Assembly: GCA_022813965.1 (NCBI GenBank)
Contig: JALDZS010000018.1
Coordinates: forward strand, 1 to 64,000
DNA length: 64,000 bases
Direction: 5' to 3'
From: Toensbergia leucococca
Taxonomy: Eukaryota
A program made the position numbers and the translations under genes. Position 1 is the first letter of the stretch; each line of letters begins with the position of its first letter. The notes beneath the pieces are model-generated. The model ran no database searches, had not been told where the DNA came from, and was given only the letters and a program-made list of their open reading frames with translations. Of this stretch, positions 38,542-55,400 are shown piece after piece.

Positions 38542-41500
38542 TCATCCTCCACTCAAGTCTTCCATGGATCGGTCCCGAAGGAAAATGTGAGGAACGTTGC
38601 TATCGGTAAGCTCGATGATCATATTCCCGAGAACCCTCCAGTCAACCGGCTTCGTCGTGTATTGTGTGAAGCCGGCTGCAGCCGAGTCGCGACGCCCTTC
38701 AGACATTATATTTGCTGACAGGGCAACCATCGGTACCGCAGGATAGGCATATCGCTTTTCCCATGCCCGAATTTCCCGACAGGTTTTGTAGCCGTCTTTT
38801 TTGGGCATTTGAATATCGCACTGGTCCCGTGTCAGCAAATCTCAATGAGCAATTACCGCTGCTACTTACCACGATGACTGAATAAAATAGGGGCTCGTGG
38901 GAGAAGACCGCATCTGTGCACTCGGTACCGTCCCAGGCCTCGACAACATCTAGGCAGCAGATGTTACGCAGAAAATGGGTAAGCATCTACGGCAGATGTT
39001 AGAGAGCCTCTCTCGTGGCCCAAGTCTTGGATTGGAGACGAACCTGCATATTGACTTTGTTGTCTTCTACGGCCAAGACTCGGACGCCCTTTCCGCCGAG
39101 CACCTGTTTGAACATCTTAAAAGCTTGCTTCTGTACCACTACAGCTTCACGAGCATTTGCTCGGGTATGGTCTTTGCTGAGTGCGTTTTCCTGCTGCGGA
39201 TCGAATATTCTGGCAAACTTTTGTGGCTTGGCCGGCTTCAGTAAGAATCGCAGACGTCTATCGGTAGAAAGCTGATCGTAATCCACATCTGGTGCTCCAG
39301 CCATGATGTCTCCTTTTTGGGCCTGATCAGTAATGATCACCATGCATGTGTGTTGGTGAGTGGAAGACTTCAGAATTTGGTCCATGAAACCCAATACTTG
39401 AACAGCCTCGTTCAGTTGCAAGACTACATGAGTGAAGTTGACTGGTTCATCTCCACTCATCATCTTTTGGCTTGCCACGACCTCGCCACTGGCAGTGATT
39501 TGAGCAGGGATTGACTTTGGCAGAATTTGCTGTATGTGGTCTTCTGTCGTACGTCGTGTATTCTCTTGCGGACAGACAATGAGAATCGAAAACATTGGTG
39601 GACGTAGCGAGCCTGCTTTGACTACAGGCACAGGATCCGAAGAGCTGGCCTCAGATTCCAAAGGCTTCTTTTCGATTGTAACTTCGAGTTGGTGTGTTTT
39701 GTCACCGCTCACAAGACCTGATGGTAAGCTTAATTTCAGTGCAGTGCCTTGGCTGTCAATGGACGATGCCGACGACCGCATGGACTGACGAAGCGCAAGT
39801 GACCTCACAGAAGATCTCACAGATAGATCGGAACTTCCAGAAGACTCCATCGCGGGCGAATCCTGGCCTTGTCCAATATACGCAGGAATCACACCAGGGG
39901 AGTCCGTTAAGGTTTGGCCAAAAATATGCTTCGTGTCATCACTTAGGTTGAATGTAGAAGTATGGCCGGTCAAAGAGGCCGCTCCAACCTTCGGACGATC
40001 AAGCAAGGTGGGGATTCTGAAGAGCGAGTAGAATGTAAACGTGGAACCTTTTCCTAGAACGCTCGTTGCAGAGATTTTACCGCCGTGTAGTTCGACCATT
40101 TGCTTACATAGTAGAAGTCCGAGTCCCGTCCCACCGTTATCGCGAGTACTGCTGTTATCAATCTGGCTGTAAGGTTTAAAAAGAATCTTTGCATCCTCCT
40201 CAGTGAAGCCACTTCCGGTATCGTGAACGTTGAACAGCAGGAATATGTCATTCGACTCAAGTTTTGCCTGCGATTCATGAGAAGCTCCCTCGGAGACGGT
40301 GCAGTCTACAAATATCTCTCCTTCCTGAGTGAACTTGATCGCATTTCCAACGAGGTTGAGAAGAACTTGGCGAATTCGTTGACTGTCTCCTTTGACAGTT
40401 TCTGGAACACTTTTGTCCACAGAATAGCAAAGTTCAAGGTTCTTTTCGTTTGCCTTCGAGAAAAGTGTCTCAAAGACATCTTCGATAACGGAGCGGATAT
40501 GGAACCAGTCAAAGAAAAGTTTCAGCATTTTGGCTTCTGCTTTAGAAACGTCGAGTATATCGTTGATTAGGTCGTGCATTCCCCTAGCGGCAGCATCTGC
40601 CCCGTACGTCCATTCCGATTGATATTCGTCAAGGGCGCTATTGAGCAAGAATTGAAGATTTCCAATGATCCCGTTTAAAGGCGTTCGGATTTCGTGGGAC
40701 ATGGTGCTAAGGAATTGCATTTTCCGTGTAGTTTCCTTCTCGAGTGTACCATTGGCTTCTTTCAGCTCTTCTTCAATTTGTTTCTGGTCGCTAATGTCCG
40801 CACAAGCGATAATCCATTGGGCTTCTCCTAGGCCAAAATTGACAGATTCTATCAAAGACCCTTGAACAAGATGCCAGCGATACTGATCGAATTTAGACCT
40901 CAGTCGCATTTCTGTCGAAATAGAGAGCCGCCCTTGGCCGTCCTTGGAAGCCTTGATGACACCATGCCTTGCGAGTCTTCGCAACGTCCCAGCAGGCGCA
41001 TGGGTGGTACCCGTTGTGTCATAACTCAACGGTCGAAGGAGGTCGTCCTGGGTGTTGTCACCTGGAATTACTGTCGAATCGGATGCATGTGTAGACGAGT
41101 TTGATGATGCATCGGCGGGAGGCCGCGTGTCTGGAGAGCCTGCTGCGCTAACAGATGTAGACGCAGCTTCGCCAAATGCTGGGAACTGGCACTTGGTAAC
41201 GTCATCGGGATGCACATGGTTCAAAAAGCCAAAGCCAAGGGCTTCTTCTAAACCTTGTCCAGAATATGAAAGCCACTGCGAATTTGCAAAGGTCATCCCA
41301 TCGGGCACAGAGGCAGCAAATATGATATGTGGGTTGGAATTGGCCAAGGATCGGTACTTGCTCTCGGAAGCAGCTTTTTCTTTCTCTCTTGCTGCATTCA
41401 CTTCAGCAATATGCTGATCGTGTATATCCATTGCTTGACCGTGCCAGTGCTTTATGCTGGCATAAGCGTCTTTAATGGGTACAATACGTATGTGAAACCA

Positions 41501-44500
41501 GCGATACTGTCCATCGAATCTTTTTAGTCGGGCTTGGTGAGAGACTTGATCGCCAGTGTGAAGGGCGTTTGTCCAAAGCTTACGGAAAGTCCTTTGGTCC
41601 TTATAGTGTATGGTGTCCCATGGCTTCCGACGTATTTCTGCGGCAGACTCATTGCGGTATGTCTGGAATTTCGAATTTGCCCAGCTGATGTTGCCTGTGA
41701 GAGGTTCAGCGATGAACTCCTGAATAGCGCCGGTGTCAATCATGATCCTCATCATGGATGATGTTGGGGGTTGGAAGGTAAACTCTTCTTCCCTTGGGCT
41801 TCTCAATCCTTCCGCAGGTATAGGCATGAAAGGTACCTTTGTCGTAGTGGCGGGCAAAGACGGGTTTGTTGCAGCAAAGTCGGCACCTTCGGCACGCAAC
41901 GGCTTGGGCTGTCTTTGACTTTGTTCCTGTCCCGAAGCCTGCAACAGAGCCTGCCTTCGTGGTGACCCTGACAATTCTATATAGCGCCGGGAGGGGCTTA
42001 CTTCCCGCTTGGAACTCGCATCTGAATCTACAGTCTCTGTCTGGCTTCGATCGGGACGTTCGCTCATTGTCTGAGACAATGTCGTTGGGGGTTCGTCACT
42101 TTGTGCTGTCGAGGTCTGTCTGATTCTTCTTACAGTCTTAGGCGCCACGTGCAAGGACATTATTTTTGCTTCCCCAGCCGGGACTAAATGTTGGATATGG
42201 CCTAAGAAGGTGCTTGGCGGAGCCTCCTGATTGGTGGTGATCGTCGAGCTATTGAGGCCTGGCGAACTCATGGTTGCCAATATGGGAATGGTACCGCTTC
42301 CTGCACGACCTTGGCTATATCGCTTTCTGGGGCTAAAGTAGTTGTCACTGACTTCAGTCAAAGTCTCACGATTGGCCTTGTTCAATCGTTGCTCATCGTG
42401 GTGACCGGGGCCTGAAGATTCCCAACCAGGCGTTCCTGCATTTGAGCTACGGGGACTATGCAAGGATCGACCCGAATATTCACTGGTGCTGGTGATACTT
42501 TCAGTGGCGGGTGGAGAGATCCCATCGGAGTCTTTGCCTACGAAGGCTAGGCGGCTTGATGTTCTTACATCTGGTAACTGACGAGAGCCTTCGTTTACTA
42601 AATTATGATCTGGACCCTGCCAACGACGCGAGAGTCCAGCAACCTGCTTCTCCAAATTCGAGTGTTGCTGTGCGTTGTAGAAAGAGGTCGCTAGATGAGG
42701 AATCAAAGATTTCAAAGAAGACGATGAATCTACAGGATAAGGCACTGCTGTGGATAAGATGGAAAGAATTGCAATTGGTGTCATCCTTTCGTCATCCGTA
42801 GATTTCAAGGAGCCCCGGCCCTGAGCTCCCTGCACTGCGGCAGGTTTCTCATACTCGCTAGTCTTCTTCTTCCCATTTTTACCATGAACAAAAGGTAGCC
42901 GTGGCTGGCGTTTTGATTTTGAAAGTAGCGGATGTACAAGAGGAATGTGTACAATTGAGCTAGCTCTGTCAACACCAATTGCCTCTAATTGGCCTTCTGC
43001 AGAATAGTCATGTTCTGGTGGGTTGTCTGAAAAAGCCTCTTCGTCAATTGATATGTTAGCGAAGAAGGGGTTCACCTCTGGCTCCGCATGAACAGCGGGA
43101 GAAGGTGCAGGACTTTGTGCCCAAGGGGAGGCTGGTATCTGCTCGTAGTCCTCGTAAGCTGATACACGCGGTATGGTTCCTTGAGAGTCGTCTTTGTTAC
43201 TTGACGGAGCGGAAGACGATCTAGAGCTCTCACTCGTATGGCTTCGAGGCCGCTTCAATGACCTTACGGATTTCTCTGGACGATTGCTGTGTGACCTGTA
43301 CGTTCTGCTGCTAGGCATCGGCCAACTAGTGCGACTGTGAAGTCCCTGACTGGCCATCCTTTGATCGACAGACTGTGTTTCGTCTAAATATTCTCTTGTA
43401 ATGTGCACCACTTTGCTTTTCTCAAGAACTCGAACGGCACCTGCACTCGTTAGGAGCGGGTCTGACTCCATTTCTAAAGTCTGCAAAGCAGGTAAGATTC
43501 TCGCGCGACAATTTCGTTTTGCCGTCTCCAAAATTTCATTGCCTCGAGGGGTCTGGAGAACTTGATCTGCGAGGAGTCTCAAAGACTGAGAGCTCAGTCT
43601 CATACCTTTAGCCTTATCATGCTCTAGCCCTAATCCGGTTCGTGGAAACATATTGCTGTTAGTTCGCAAAATGCTTGGCCTTGTCGGAGCAAGTGTGGAA
43701 TTATTATTCTGACTTTGTAGGACTGAATCAGTCTTTAGTGGGAAGCCAGCGAAGGAGTGCCGCATTTCAAGTTTCGGGCGCCCCTGAGTTTTGAGACTGT
43801 CTGGCAGAGCATATCTACTTGACTCCACAGATATCTCCCTTGCTCCATTACTAAGCTCGCTTGTCATATCGTCTTGAGCGCCTAGATCGGTCATACTACT
43901 TCGAGTACTTTGTACATCCTTGGTAACAAGAGAAAGAGGATCTTCGTCAACGACGTTATAGGTTGCCATCTGTGCCCACGGCACATTTTCTACATCAGTA
44001 CTGTCTGCTGGTATCGCAAGTGTAGCTCGATCGGCTCCAAAGTGTTCTCCCATGACCTGTGCTGTGTTCGTCCACCATTTTTCAAGACCTGGTTCCGATT
44101 GCAATCTCAACATTAGCTCACCCAACTTTGGAGTTGGCCCTTCTGCTTCTTGTTGAATGGCTGTAGTATATGTAGGTTCGAACTTGGTTGCAAAAGACGG
44201 CCTGACGTGACTGGGTGCCAATCGATCCCTAGAAGCCTGCATCCTGGCTGGAGAGACCGAAGAAGGAGCGACTGTTGGGGAAAGGGCAGTAAATGGCCTG
44301 TGCAAAGCTGGGGTTGTGACGCTGATCGGTGTTCCCGGCTGCAAAGGCATAGGCGGGAAAGGATACGAAGGCGTTGAGACATAATCTTGGCTCGGAGTCT
44401 GTGGCATAGCACTACCTTTGATAGTCTTGGTTGACTCAGTAGATACCGAATGAGGGTTCGTTGCCACGGGACTGAGTGCCGGTACATCGTGGCGTGGTGG

Positions 44501-44836
44501 CGATCTTCCGGTCGGGTCTTCTTCAAGGATAGGGGAAAATCGCTCTCTCCCAGTTAAGCTATTGAGGCTAGGGCCTTTTAGTACATCTCTACCCTTTGAC
44601 GTCTGTCTCTCCGTCTCCTTCCTTTCCCTCTTGCCAGTAGTCACACTACTGGATCGACTGTTGTCATCGTCTTTGGTCCTGTACTCTGGAATCGAATGAC
44701 TTTGTGAAAGTGGCGGTCGCTGGTGAGGACTCTGCAGGTCTGAAGAAGGCCGAGGAGGCGTGGAGGTATTGGGGCTGATGGGATGAGGAATCGCGCCGGG
44801 TGTTTTTCTCGGCGACGAAGGGGATGAAGACTTCAT
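38542..44836 (-). CDS. hybrid sensor histidine kinase (GAF-like, two PAS, HisKA, HATPase, receiver), probably group V (HHK2/PhkB-like)
   Basis: H-box FLSTMSHEIRTPLNG, N-box QVLLNLVGNAIKFT, DTGSG and GGTGLGL, PAS-PAC (IHYKD...DGQYRWF; VHPDD...YRWHL), receiver VEDNKVN...CDIQMP...ALSAN...KP. The group call rests on domain layout only. Confidence 0.9.
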
Positions 44837-45725
44837 TGCGTGCCTTTAACCATCCGCCACCCTTTGAACGGCGAAACCAAGAATCCGCCGGTGGCACAGT
44901 CACCAAGAGTAAGCCATGTCAGCTATGTGGCAGTATATTCGCGGATTCGACGATCAGAGATGTGTGGTCAATGTTAGTGAATTGAGGCTCGGGACGTCTC
45001 AGCGATGACGTCAAAGAGGCTCTTCCACCGCCGCCCCAATATTCGCCGTGTGACAAAGAGAGTTGAGGAAGGAGCCGTTGATCAATTCAGACACACTGCT
45101 CGACATTCTCAAAGCAGGAAGTACGATACATATCAGTGAAATCAAGTCACACAGGAGAGAAGAGAGCAATCCCCCCTTCCACTTCGCTGATTTGGCGTAA
45201 CCATCGGGCTAGAGTCGCCTAAGGCAGCGGGTAAGAAATTGGCGAGCAAGCTAAAAACGATCCAGGGTCTAGCAGAACGGAGTAGGTAGAGGTACTCGGT
45301 ACCTTAGTCGTGCCTTGCAGTAGAAGCATGAGGCATGCCACGAGGCAATATGGTAGGCAAGGTAGAATGTATCATTCATCATCGTATCTAGCCCACGAGT
45401 ACGCATCAAAGACTCTGAAGATACAAAGGTAATGAAACTCCGGTATGCGAAGCTAGCATCAACGCCATGTTCTAATTTGAGACATGTCAAAACCGTGCAT
45501 CATCATCCCGTATATCTTTCCCCTATTCCCTATAGTCTGACCACTCGCTTTAACCCACACAACGCCGTGAACTCTTTACCAACATTGAAACAGGAGTGAA
45601 GTCCCAACCACACCCTCCCTATTCCACCCAAAACGCCTCCTATGTCCATGCATCGCTTGGAAAGACATCTAATAGCTTGAAGACATGACAGCACCTTTTG
45701 GGACTCAAATACTTTTGCAAAGTGG

Positions 45726-47043
45726 TCATCTGCTCATTGACTCGTTAGGATTCCTGTGCATGGTCTCAATCTGCCTTATGAGAAAGCTCTTCTCGTCTGT
45801 AAATTGGTCGTCTTCTGTCCGGTCTTCCAAAAACCTGGGTAGAAAGTTGAGTAGCCTCTCTCGATTATTCAGTAGAATCCGTTGCACAGCGACAGACTTG
45901 TGGGGGTTTGCAACAAAAACCTTGCAGATCATCAGCATAGAGAGTTGAGCTTTAGATCACGGCACGTACCTTGAAGACATGGAAGCCCTCATATTGAACC
46001 ATCTTCCGGTCATCCTTCAGCAAATTCATGCAGAGCTTCAAATGTTCTCCTCTGTCGACGTATGCAGTCATAACGTTGTAATTCGCTCTGTCGAGTAGTA
46101 TCTCCCCTAAGAGCTTGATGGACTGCCTTTTCGTGACATATGAGTTTGACTGGACAAGAATCCCATTGTATCGTTTGAAGAACAGGTCAAAATTCACAGA
46201 GAGGTAATGTGAGACAAGCTGTTTGTGTTTGGTGAGGAGTTCCTACGTCAAGATCAGATACTGCCATCAATACTTGACTACGGGTATGGAGAAACTTACC
46301 CGGAAGGTGGTAAATGCATCAGTACTGACTTCGAATGCACCTCGATCAATCCACGGAAAAAATCTCCAGAATACCCCGTCGCCTGTTTGCTTCGTATCTG
46401 GGTCGATGTCTTCGATTTTGGACACCTTCCCGTCCGCTCCAGATTGATCATACAATATGATCATAGCAACAGCATCATGCTTTAGCGCTTCCCTTAGCAC
46501 AATGCCACATGGCATAGCGCTCTCTCTGTGCTCGTAGCCTCTACAAAGTTCAACGATGACTTCGGGTCGTGAATCAATGATGTAGGCCAGTGCTGGAGGG
46601 TCAGGAGCCATGCTGTTTGGGGGTTTGAAGCGCAGGACGTAGGAGAATATGGTTTGACTATCTTTGCGGGATTCAAATGGAAGTAGGTGAATGCTACGAG
46701 CTAGGATATACAGAAGGTCTTCATGTATGATGGAGTTGACCAGTTGAGAGACTTGCTCAGGACTGCTCTCGGTTTCTATTGCAAAAGTTCAGCCATGTGC
46801 ATTTGAACGTAGCCGATGGGGCGATAGACCTTGAGTGCCCTGCAGCACAAGCCTCATCTGTGCAAGCAATTTCGCCAAGTCCTCTTCGTTCTACCCAATA
46901 CATTCAGCATTGTTTGGTCTGGAAACTCGAGGTAATCCGGGCCACACCTTTTGCGAACTTTGCGGCTGCCATAGCCGTGATAATAGGTCCTTTGTTGACT
47001 TAGCAAGGTCATTCTTAGTCTTGTTACGGAAGAAGAAGGCCAT
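45726..47043 (-). CDS. hymA: HymA/Mo25 (RAM/MOR network scaffold)
   Basis: FEVSTDAFTTFR, SNSYVTKRQSIKLLGEILLDRAN, QYEGFHVFKVFVANP, QFTDEKSFLI. Confidence 0.95.
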
Positions 47044-47494
47044 TGAAGGTCTTTTGGTCTTCGAGCTTGGTGGACTAAATATGAGATAGCTAAGGGCGTG
47101 GGCGTTCTTGGAAGTGGAGAAAGCCGAATGGCAGCAATGAACAACGAGTGTCAGCAGGCCTGATATATAGTCACTGGGATTGTTGGAACGCTGAAGCCTT
47201 TGCATCAGTCGCCATTGTTGCGGAAATGTGCATGAAGAGAAAGAAGTACGGATATTGATGTTTTGATCGTCTCACTGTGTATCCATACAAACAAGGTTAC
47301 CACTAGGCTCGAACAAGCCTGTTCGGCCAGTCGGCGGTCAACCTGCCGAGCCTGCCCACACAAATAATCCAATCAGGACATCCGGTGCAAATTTGAAGTA
47401 AATCATCTACCTCATGGCTCAAACTCATGCGTTTGTGCTAGGTCACGGGACTACATACGGATGTGACTGATGATCAACAATTCCAGCAGCAGCT

Positions 47495-49341
<1,847 letters not shown>

Positions 49342-49466
49342 ACGCGCCCCTTTCCTTTCTGAACCATAGAACCTGCCACATATAGTCACCTCAACATCCC
49401 AACCCCCTTCTCTCAAAAAACAGCAATGAAGAATGCCAATCCCCAAAACGCCTTGAAAAGACCACC

Positions 49467-51989
49467 TCACAAATGTCCCACCCCCAAACTCGCCAGCACA
49501 AGATTGACAATACTGATCACGCCCTCGCCCAAAATCAAGCCGCTGGCCAAGACAATCACAGGCGTCTCCTCGCGCCGCCGATAATCACGCCAGTACCAAT
49601 TCAGCAGCCCGCCGATCGTGCGAGCTAGCGTAAAGGAGGGCACATTGTACATTCCTGTGAGTTGGGGGGAGGATATTAGCGAGAGGAGCTTGAAGAGAGG
49701 CCGGGGGTTCACAAAAGCCACGGCAGCAGTAAGTACGTAGCAACCCAACGAGAAAGGAGAAAGAAAGCATACCAACAGCGACCGCAATGCCCCCCGGCAC
49801 AAAAGCCCCCCACCGCGTCCCAACAGCCGCAAGCCTCACAGCCGTAAGCACTACAAACACCGCCCCGCCCCCAACCGCCCACTGCCACGCCATCTCCGGC
49901 AGCCCTCGCCCCGTGACTAGTCTCGCCGTGAAAATCCACACATACCCTGTCGGCACCTGGAACATGTCTCCCGGAACCTTATAAACACTGGTATACAGCC
50001 GATAAACAGCCGCGCTCGCGACGGCGCCCACAAAACTGCCGACCAACTGGCCCCAAAACTGCGCCTTCGGCGCCGCGCCTAGCAAATGGCCGGTCTTGAG
50101 GTCTTGCATCATGTCGCCGCTTTGCAGCGCACCGCTTTCCGAAATCGCGCCCGCGAGCAGGTTGATGATGATGGCGTTCTTGGAGGCGGTGGGGAGAAGG
50201 ACGGCGAAGGCCAGTTGGGTAAGTTTGCTGATGCCGGAGACGGGGTTGAGGTCTGTTTCGCCGAGGGCGCGCACGCCCATTACGGAGAGGAGGAGTGCGA
50301 AGAGGATGGCGAGGAGGGTGGCGTAGGGGGGGATTAGGGAGCCGAAGACTAGGTGGACGGAGGCGATGCAAAGGAGGACTGAGAGGGCGAGGCCGATGAG
50401 GACGGTGCGGGTTGAGACGAGGTGTTCTGGGGGGGCGTCGGGTTCGGGGAGCGAGCTTTTAGAGAAGGGTTTGGCGGTAGGGGTGGAGATGGGGCGGGCG
50501 TTGTGGTGTTGGGTAGAGTTGAAGATTTGGGGGGTGGGTGTTGAGGATGGATCAGAGGCGTCCAGAGCTGTGTAATTGCCTTTCTTGGAGCTGCCGCGGT
50601 GGAAAATGTCCCACAGCCTGCCTCTTTTGGCGCGCTCTCGTATCTCACTAATGTATTGGGCAGCGTAAAGGAGCAGGAGGCGGAGGGTCAACCAGCCGAG
50701 GCTGACGATTGAATCAGCAAGCATGATGGAGAGGCTGACCCAGACGATCCAGCCTTTGCTACCTGTGGACCAATCTTCAACAGGGCCGGGAGCCCAGCCT
50801 TTGCTTTTGGCCAAAGGGGAGAGAATGCCCCAGCCGACGATTGCGCCGAGTAGCATATGGAGGGTTGTTGTGGGGCCCATGATAATGCCTTGGCCGATGT
50901 ACGCGGGGGAGGGATTGAGGGTCCAGAGCCAATTCGTTGCGAGGGGGAGGCCGAAGATGGGGATGTTGCGCAATTGGGGGATGAAGTACGAGATTAGAGT
51001 CTCCGATAATCAGCACTTTGAGTGCAAGACTTTTTGATGGCTGGACGTACGTAGATTGCAGATATTGCGAAAGCTATCACTAGCAATCGGATTCTAGCTT
51101 TCCAGTCACTCCCTTGTTCTGTCTCTGCCCCGTCTTCGTTCGCTTCGCTAGTCTGTGTAGCAGTCTCTTCGCCATCAGGACCAAGTCCACAGCGAGGGAG
51201 TATGCCCGATAGAGTTGAGGAGCGGCGTACATCCCGACTTCTTCTACGGAATGTTTCCATGCCGCTATCTTTTCTGACTAGTCCAGTGTCATCCTTCTCC
51301 CCATGAAGAACGCCAATCATCAGAGCCGTAGCCGTCCCACTCGGAAACTTGAGCTTTTCCCGGATGATGACCTCTCTTCGTAACGGCACAGCGAAGAATA
51401 CGCCAAAGAAACATATTCCAACAGCCCAGATCATTAATTTCCATGTCCCCAGCACCAGAGGCCCATTCTCTTCCGGCGTCAGCATGTAATCAAGCGCTGG
51501 AATCACCCCCACGAAGCCACAACCCAGTGGCATTGTCCCCACAGCCCCAGCAACAGTCTGCACCAAGACGTTCTCTACAGGAGTAAAAGGGTAATCGATG
51601 TGCCGTGATATGGTCTTGAAGAAGGCGAAGCCAATCAGGGATGCCGGCATGGCCATTCCACTGATCCAGCCTGTCTGTAAGCCGAAATACATGTTGGAGA
51701 AGCAGATGATGACACCTATAGCGAGACCGACAAGGACGCCACGAAGGGTAAAGTTCTGCCCTTCATCGGCACGCTCGGCGAGAAAGTTCGCAGCATCACT
51801 CCGCTGCCGCGATAACTGCCTGGCTGCGGCGTCCTCATCCTCGGAGCTCTCTGAGAGCTGATCTGTAAAAGCTGTGTCGTCAGGCTCGTCATCAACATTC
51901 CTGTCATTGCCATGGTCCTTGGCATCGGAATTCTGATATTCAGGTGATCGGACAGGGTGGAGAGTGGGAGAGCCTCTGTCAGGTGCCAT
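49467..51989 (-). CDS. OPT-family (YSL-clade) oligopeptide transporter
   Basis: NMYFGLQTGW, ENVLVQT, LKFPSGTATA, SPAYIGQG, GETDLNPVSG, MQDLKTGHL, ASGLILGEG. Confidence 0.92.
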
Positions 51990-52460
51990 GATCTCACAGT
52001 CGCAGTTGTGATTAGCTGAAGAGGAAGCAGATTAGCAATTTTCCCCAGCGACTGGAGACAATGACATGACTGTTGTCTTTCCTTCTGGTCATGAGTTACC
52101 GACATGGCGCCATTCTTGGCACGTCATATTCAACTGCCGAGGCAAGCCCTAGTAAACCTTCTTTCTTATCTTATCAATCTTTCTGGAGTACTCCGTAACC
52201 TGACTCGAGACTCGCCAGAGTAGTCCTAGTCCCTCGAGTGTTGAGCCAAACAACTACCTCTACTCGTAACTGCAGAAGCTACCATCACATGCATCGATCC
52301 GATCAGCTGAAACCTGTCATAGTGTGACCGCCAACGCTTAGATACTTATACAGCAGACAAGTAAAATCTTTCCTTTGAAGCCCTAAGCTTCTATTATGCC
52401 CCCAGATTAAATCGTATACCCTTAACCCCGTTCCTTGGAACTTTCCAGTCCAAACAATTG

Positions 52461-55400
52461 TTAGAAACCAAAGCTATCCAGCAAGGAATTCGAATCCGGT
52501 TCCTCAAAAACCTTGGCAGGATGCACCCCCCCGCCCCTGGACTTCACCTCTTTTGGTGATCTTGGGCCAGGAAGATCATCAACCACCAAGCTACTCCGTC
52601 TTCGAAGCAATTTACGCGGATCCGGAGGACTTGCAATCGATATTGGTGGTCCCCTCGGTTGGCGGAGGAATTCCCAGTTACGCACTAATAAGGTCAGCGG
52701 CGGGCCTCGATATGGAGCTACCTCATGGAGCAGGATAAACTAGATCAACATACCCAAGTCTAATGCTAGCAAATCACAACCCATCCTATCGTACAGCCTT
52801 GCATTCTGAACCACAAACTCCCATTCTTCACGAGGCGAGATCTTGGAAGCCCCTTTTAGCGTTTGAAGAGTTTTGTCTCGGAGTTGCTTGTAGAGGACCA
52901 CAAGAGCTGGATCGCTCGCAAGGTAGGATTTGGCTTGGAGGCTTGGGCTCTCGCTTGTGTCCAACAAGGTGTAGACGGGAGACTGCCAACTTGTTAGAAC
53001 ATAGCAAAGCATGGCTTCTAATGAAGACATCTTACAATTAGAACGCGCAAAGCCATGTCTCTTTTTCCGAGCATCCAGAAAGCCCAGGTCGCAAGCCATC
53101 GATCCCCGTCGAGGGCAGCCTGTGGCAAGACCCTGTCTTCCAGGAGATTGTGGAGTACTAGGCCAGCATCACCCTCGTATACGCGCGCGATGGTAATTGC
53201 GAGCTGAAGATCTTGAAGTTGATGGGCACATACGTTAACCGCGTCCTGAAGGTTACCAGCTAAGAGAAAAAATGCGGCAGCGTACTCTTCTCTCGAATTA
53301 GTTTGATTTTCTGGGTGCAACGATCTTTGATACACTCACCGAATCTGCGCTTGCCTAGAAGGGCGTAGGCATTCTTCAAAGCAGCCGTCTTCCATCGAGG
53401 ATCTTGGAAATCATTAGCCAGGAGCCTCTGAGTCGAAGACTGCTCTCGATTCCATGCAGCCATTCTCCAGAGTCCAAGGAGGACATTCTTCTTCTTGAGA
53501 GCCAAGTAGTACAGACTGCAATCAATAGGGTTCTTTTCGTCCGTCTTAGTATACTCATTACGGGCTATGACCTCAAATTGTGCCTTCTATAGTGGTTGTT
53601 AGCAGCTATTACATGTCATGTTGCGCATCAAGACTTCTTACCAGGGCAGTCAGGTCGGTCATCCACATGAACATGCCACTTTCTCTTGCATGTTTCCAAA
53701 GCATCCTACCTTGAGACTGCCTCGAGACCAGGTCCACGAGGATATCTTGACTTCCACTTTGGAACGCCCAGACAGTTTCTCTCCAGGTGACTCCAACGTG
53801 ACCTCCAGGGGCTTGGATTTTTCGGAGTAAATACTGCCGGAAGAAAAGTAAATATCGCATCGCGTTCTCATCCATGGAACGTCGATGTTTTTCAGCTGTT
53901 GCCACGCATTCAATGATGTCAGCGAGGTGAATCTGTTCATGACCCGATAAATGTGGGATTGATAGCTTCGCCAAATTCTCATTCAGAGAGGCTGCCAACT
54001 CCTCGGACACGACCTCAGGTTCGATGTCATCAGAGAAGTCAGCGTACGATGATCGCATCTCCTTCCGTGCCACGTCAAAAAGGACCTGCTTTTGTTAGAG
54101 ATTCGTAATTCATGGCTGGATTTGTTACTCACAGTACTATCGCTCAAGAAGTCGTCGGCTGATAAACTAACGAAGCTGTCCAACTCTTCTCCAGCACTGA
54201 AGAACTTTAGAGCCTTATAGAGACCAATGATGACCTTCTGAACCTGAATAATCTTGCCGGCCAGTATGCATTGAGATAGAAATTGCGGATGAAAGACTGG
54301 TAGCGGGCCATTCAGAAAAGTGACCATGTCAAAAAGGTCCATGGACGTATGCCTGTGTAGAGGCATCACAAGATCCGTAATCATATGATCTGATGTTGCA
54401 ACGTGTTTGTCATACACGTAGAGTTGGTTTCCGGCTCCAATGACAAGATTGCCACTTCCCAGCCAAGTACTATCCCCAATGGGATGTGGAGTGGAGTCTT
54501 TGAGGTAGAATTCTCTAATAGGAGCCCACGCAGGGCCGGCATCGAGGTAATCATATCGCATTTGTGACAAAATCACTACTTTATGTGGGAAGCCGACTGC
54601 GAGGATCGATTGGTCATCGGGTGTCGAAGACCAATCTAGGTCCTGGATTGTATCTCGCACGCCATAATGAGCAGTGTACTCTAGTTGCGCCCCTCGAGCA
54701 TCCCATATTGTCAAGCCGGTCCTTGCGGCGTCGACAACTGCGGCTTTTCGAATCAAGCTGCCACTCGTAAGCGACGGATTGTTGATGCCCGTCTCTACCG
54801 TCCATGTGACAAGCCAATCAACGGATCCTGCTGCCAGGTTTAGCCTAGCCGTCCAAGCTCGAAGCACGCCACTGCGAGTATAGGCAATAGCTATGTCTTT
54901 CGCAAAGGTGTCGAGAAAGCCGGAGACGACCGAGGGAGAGCCAGCTGGATCCACAGGCACCACGAAAGCGAGGTTTTCTTGAAGTCCCAGATCAAAAAAG
55001 CAGAATTTCTCGACGGTCGGGGAACATTTATCCTGATCGTTGACTCTTTTGTCGGCTTTAGGTGGTAGTCGTACCTCCCAGATGATACCTTTCGAGCTCG
55101 AAGTGATGGCGGCCAGGTAAGTACTTCTTGAATTGGAATCCAACTCCGGAATCAGCAATAGGCATAATGGCTTACCATGAGTCTCATAGCTGCACGACGC
55201 CACCTCGATTGCGACAGAGCGCCGTGCGTCCCATAAGGATACACTATGATGATGCAGGTTGACCACGAAGTCCCCTTCATCGAGAAGAAATGTTCGATGG
55301 ATATGCTCTGATGAGCTGAGGGAGCTAGATTGGCTCAAGATCATTCCACTAGTATTGCTTTCTTGCTTCCAGATCAAACCTTCGTTGTCATTTGTACGTG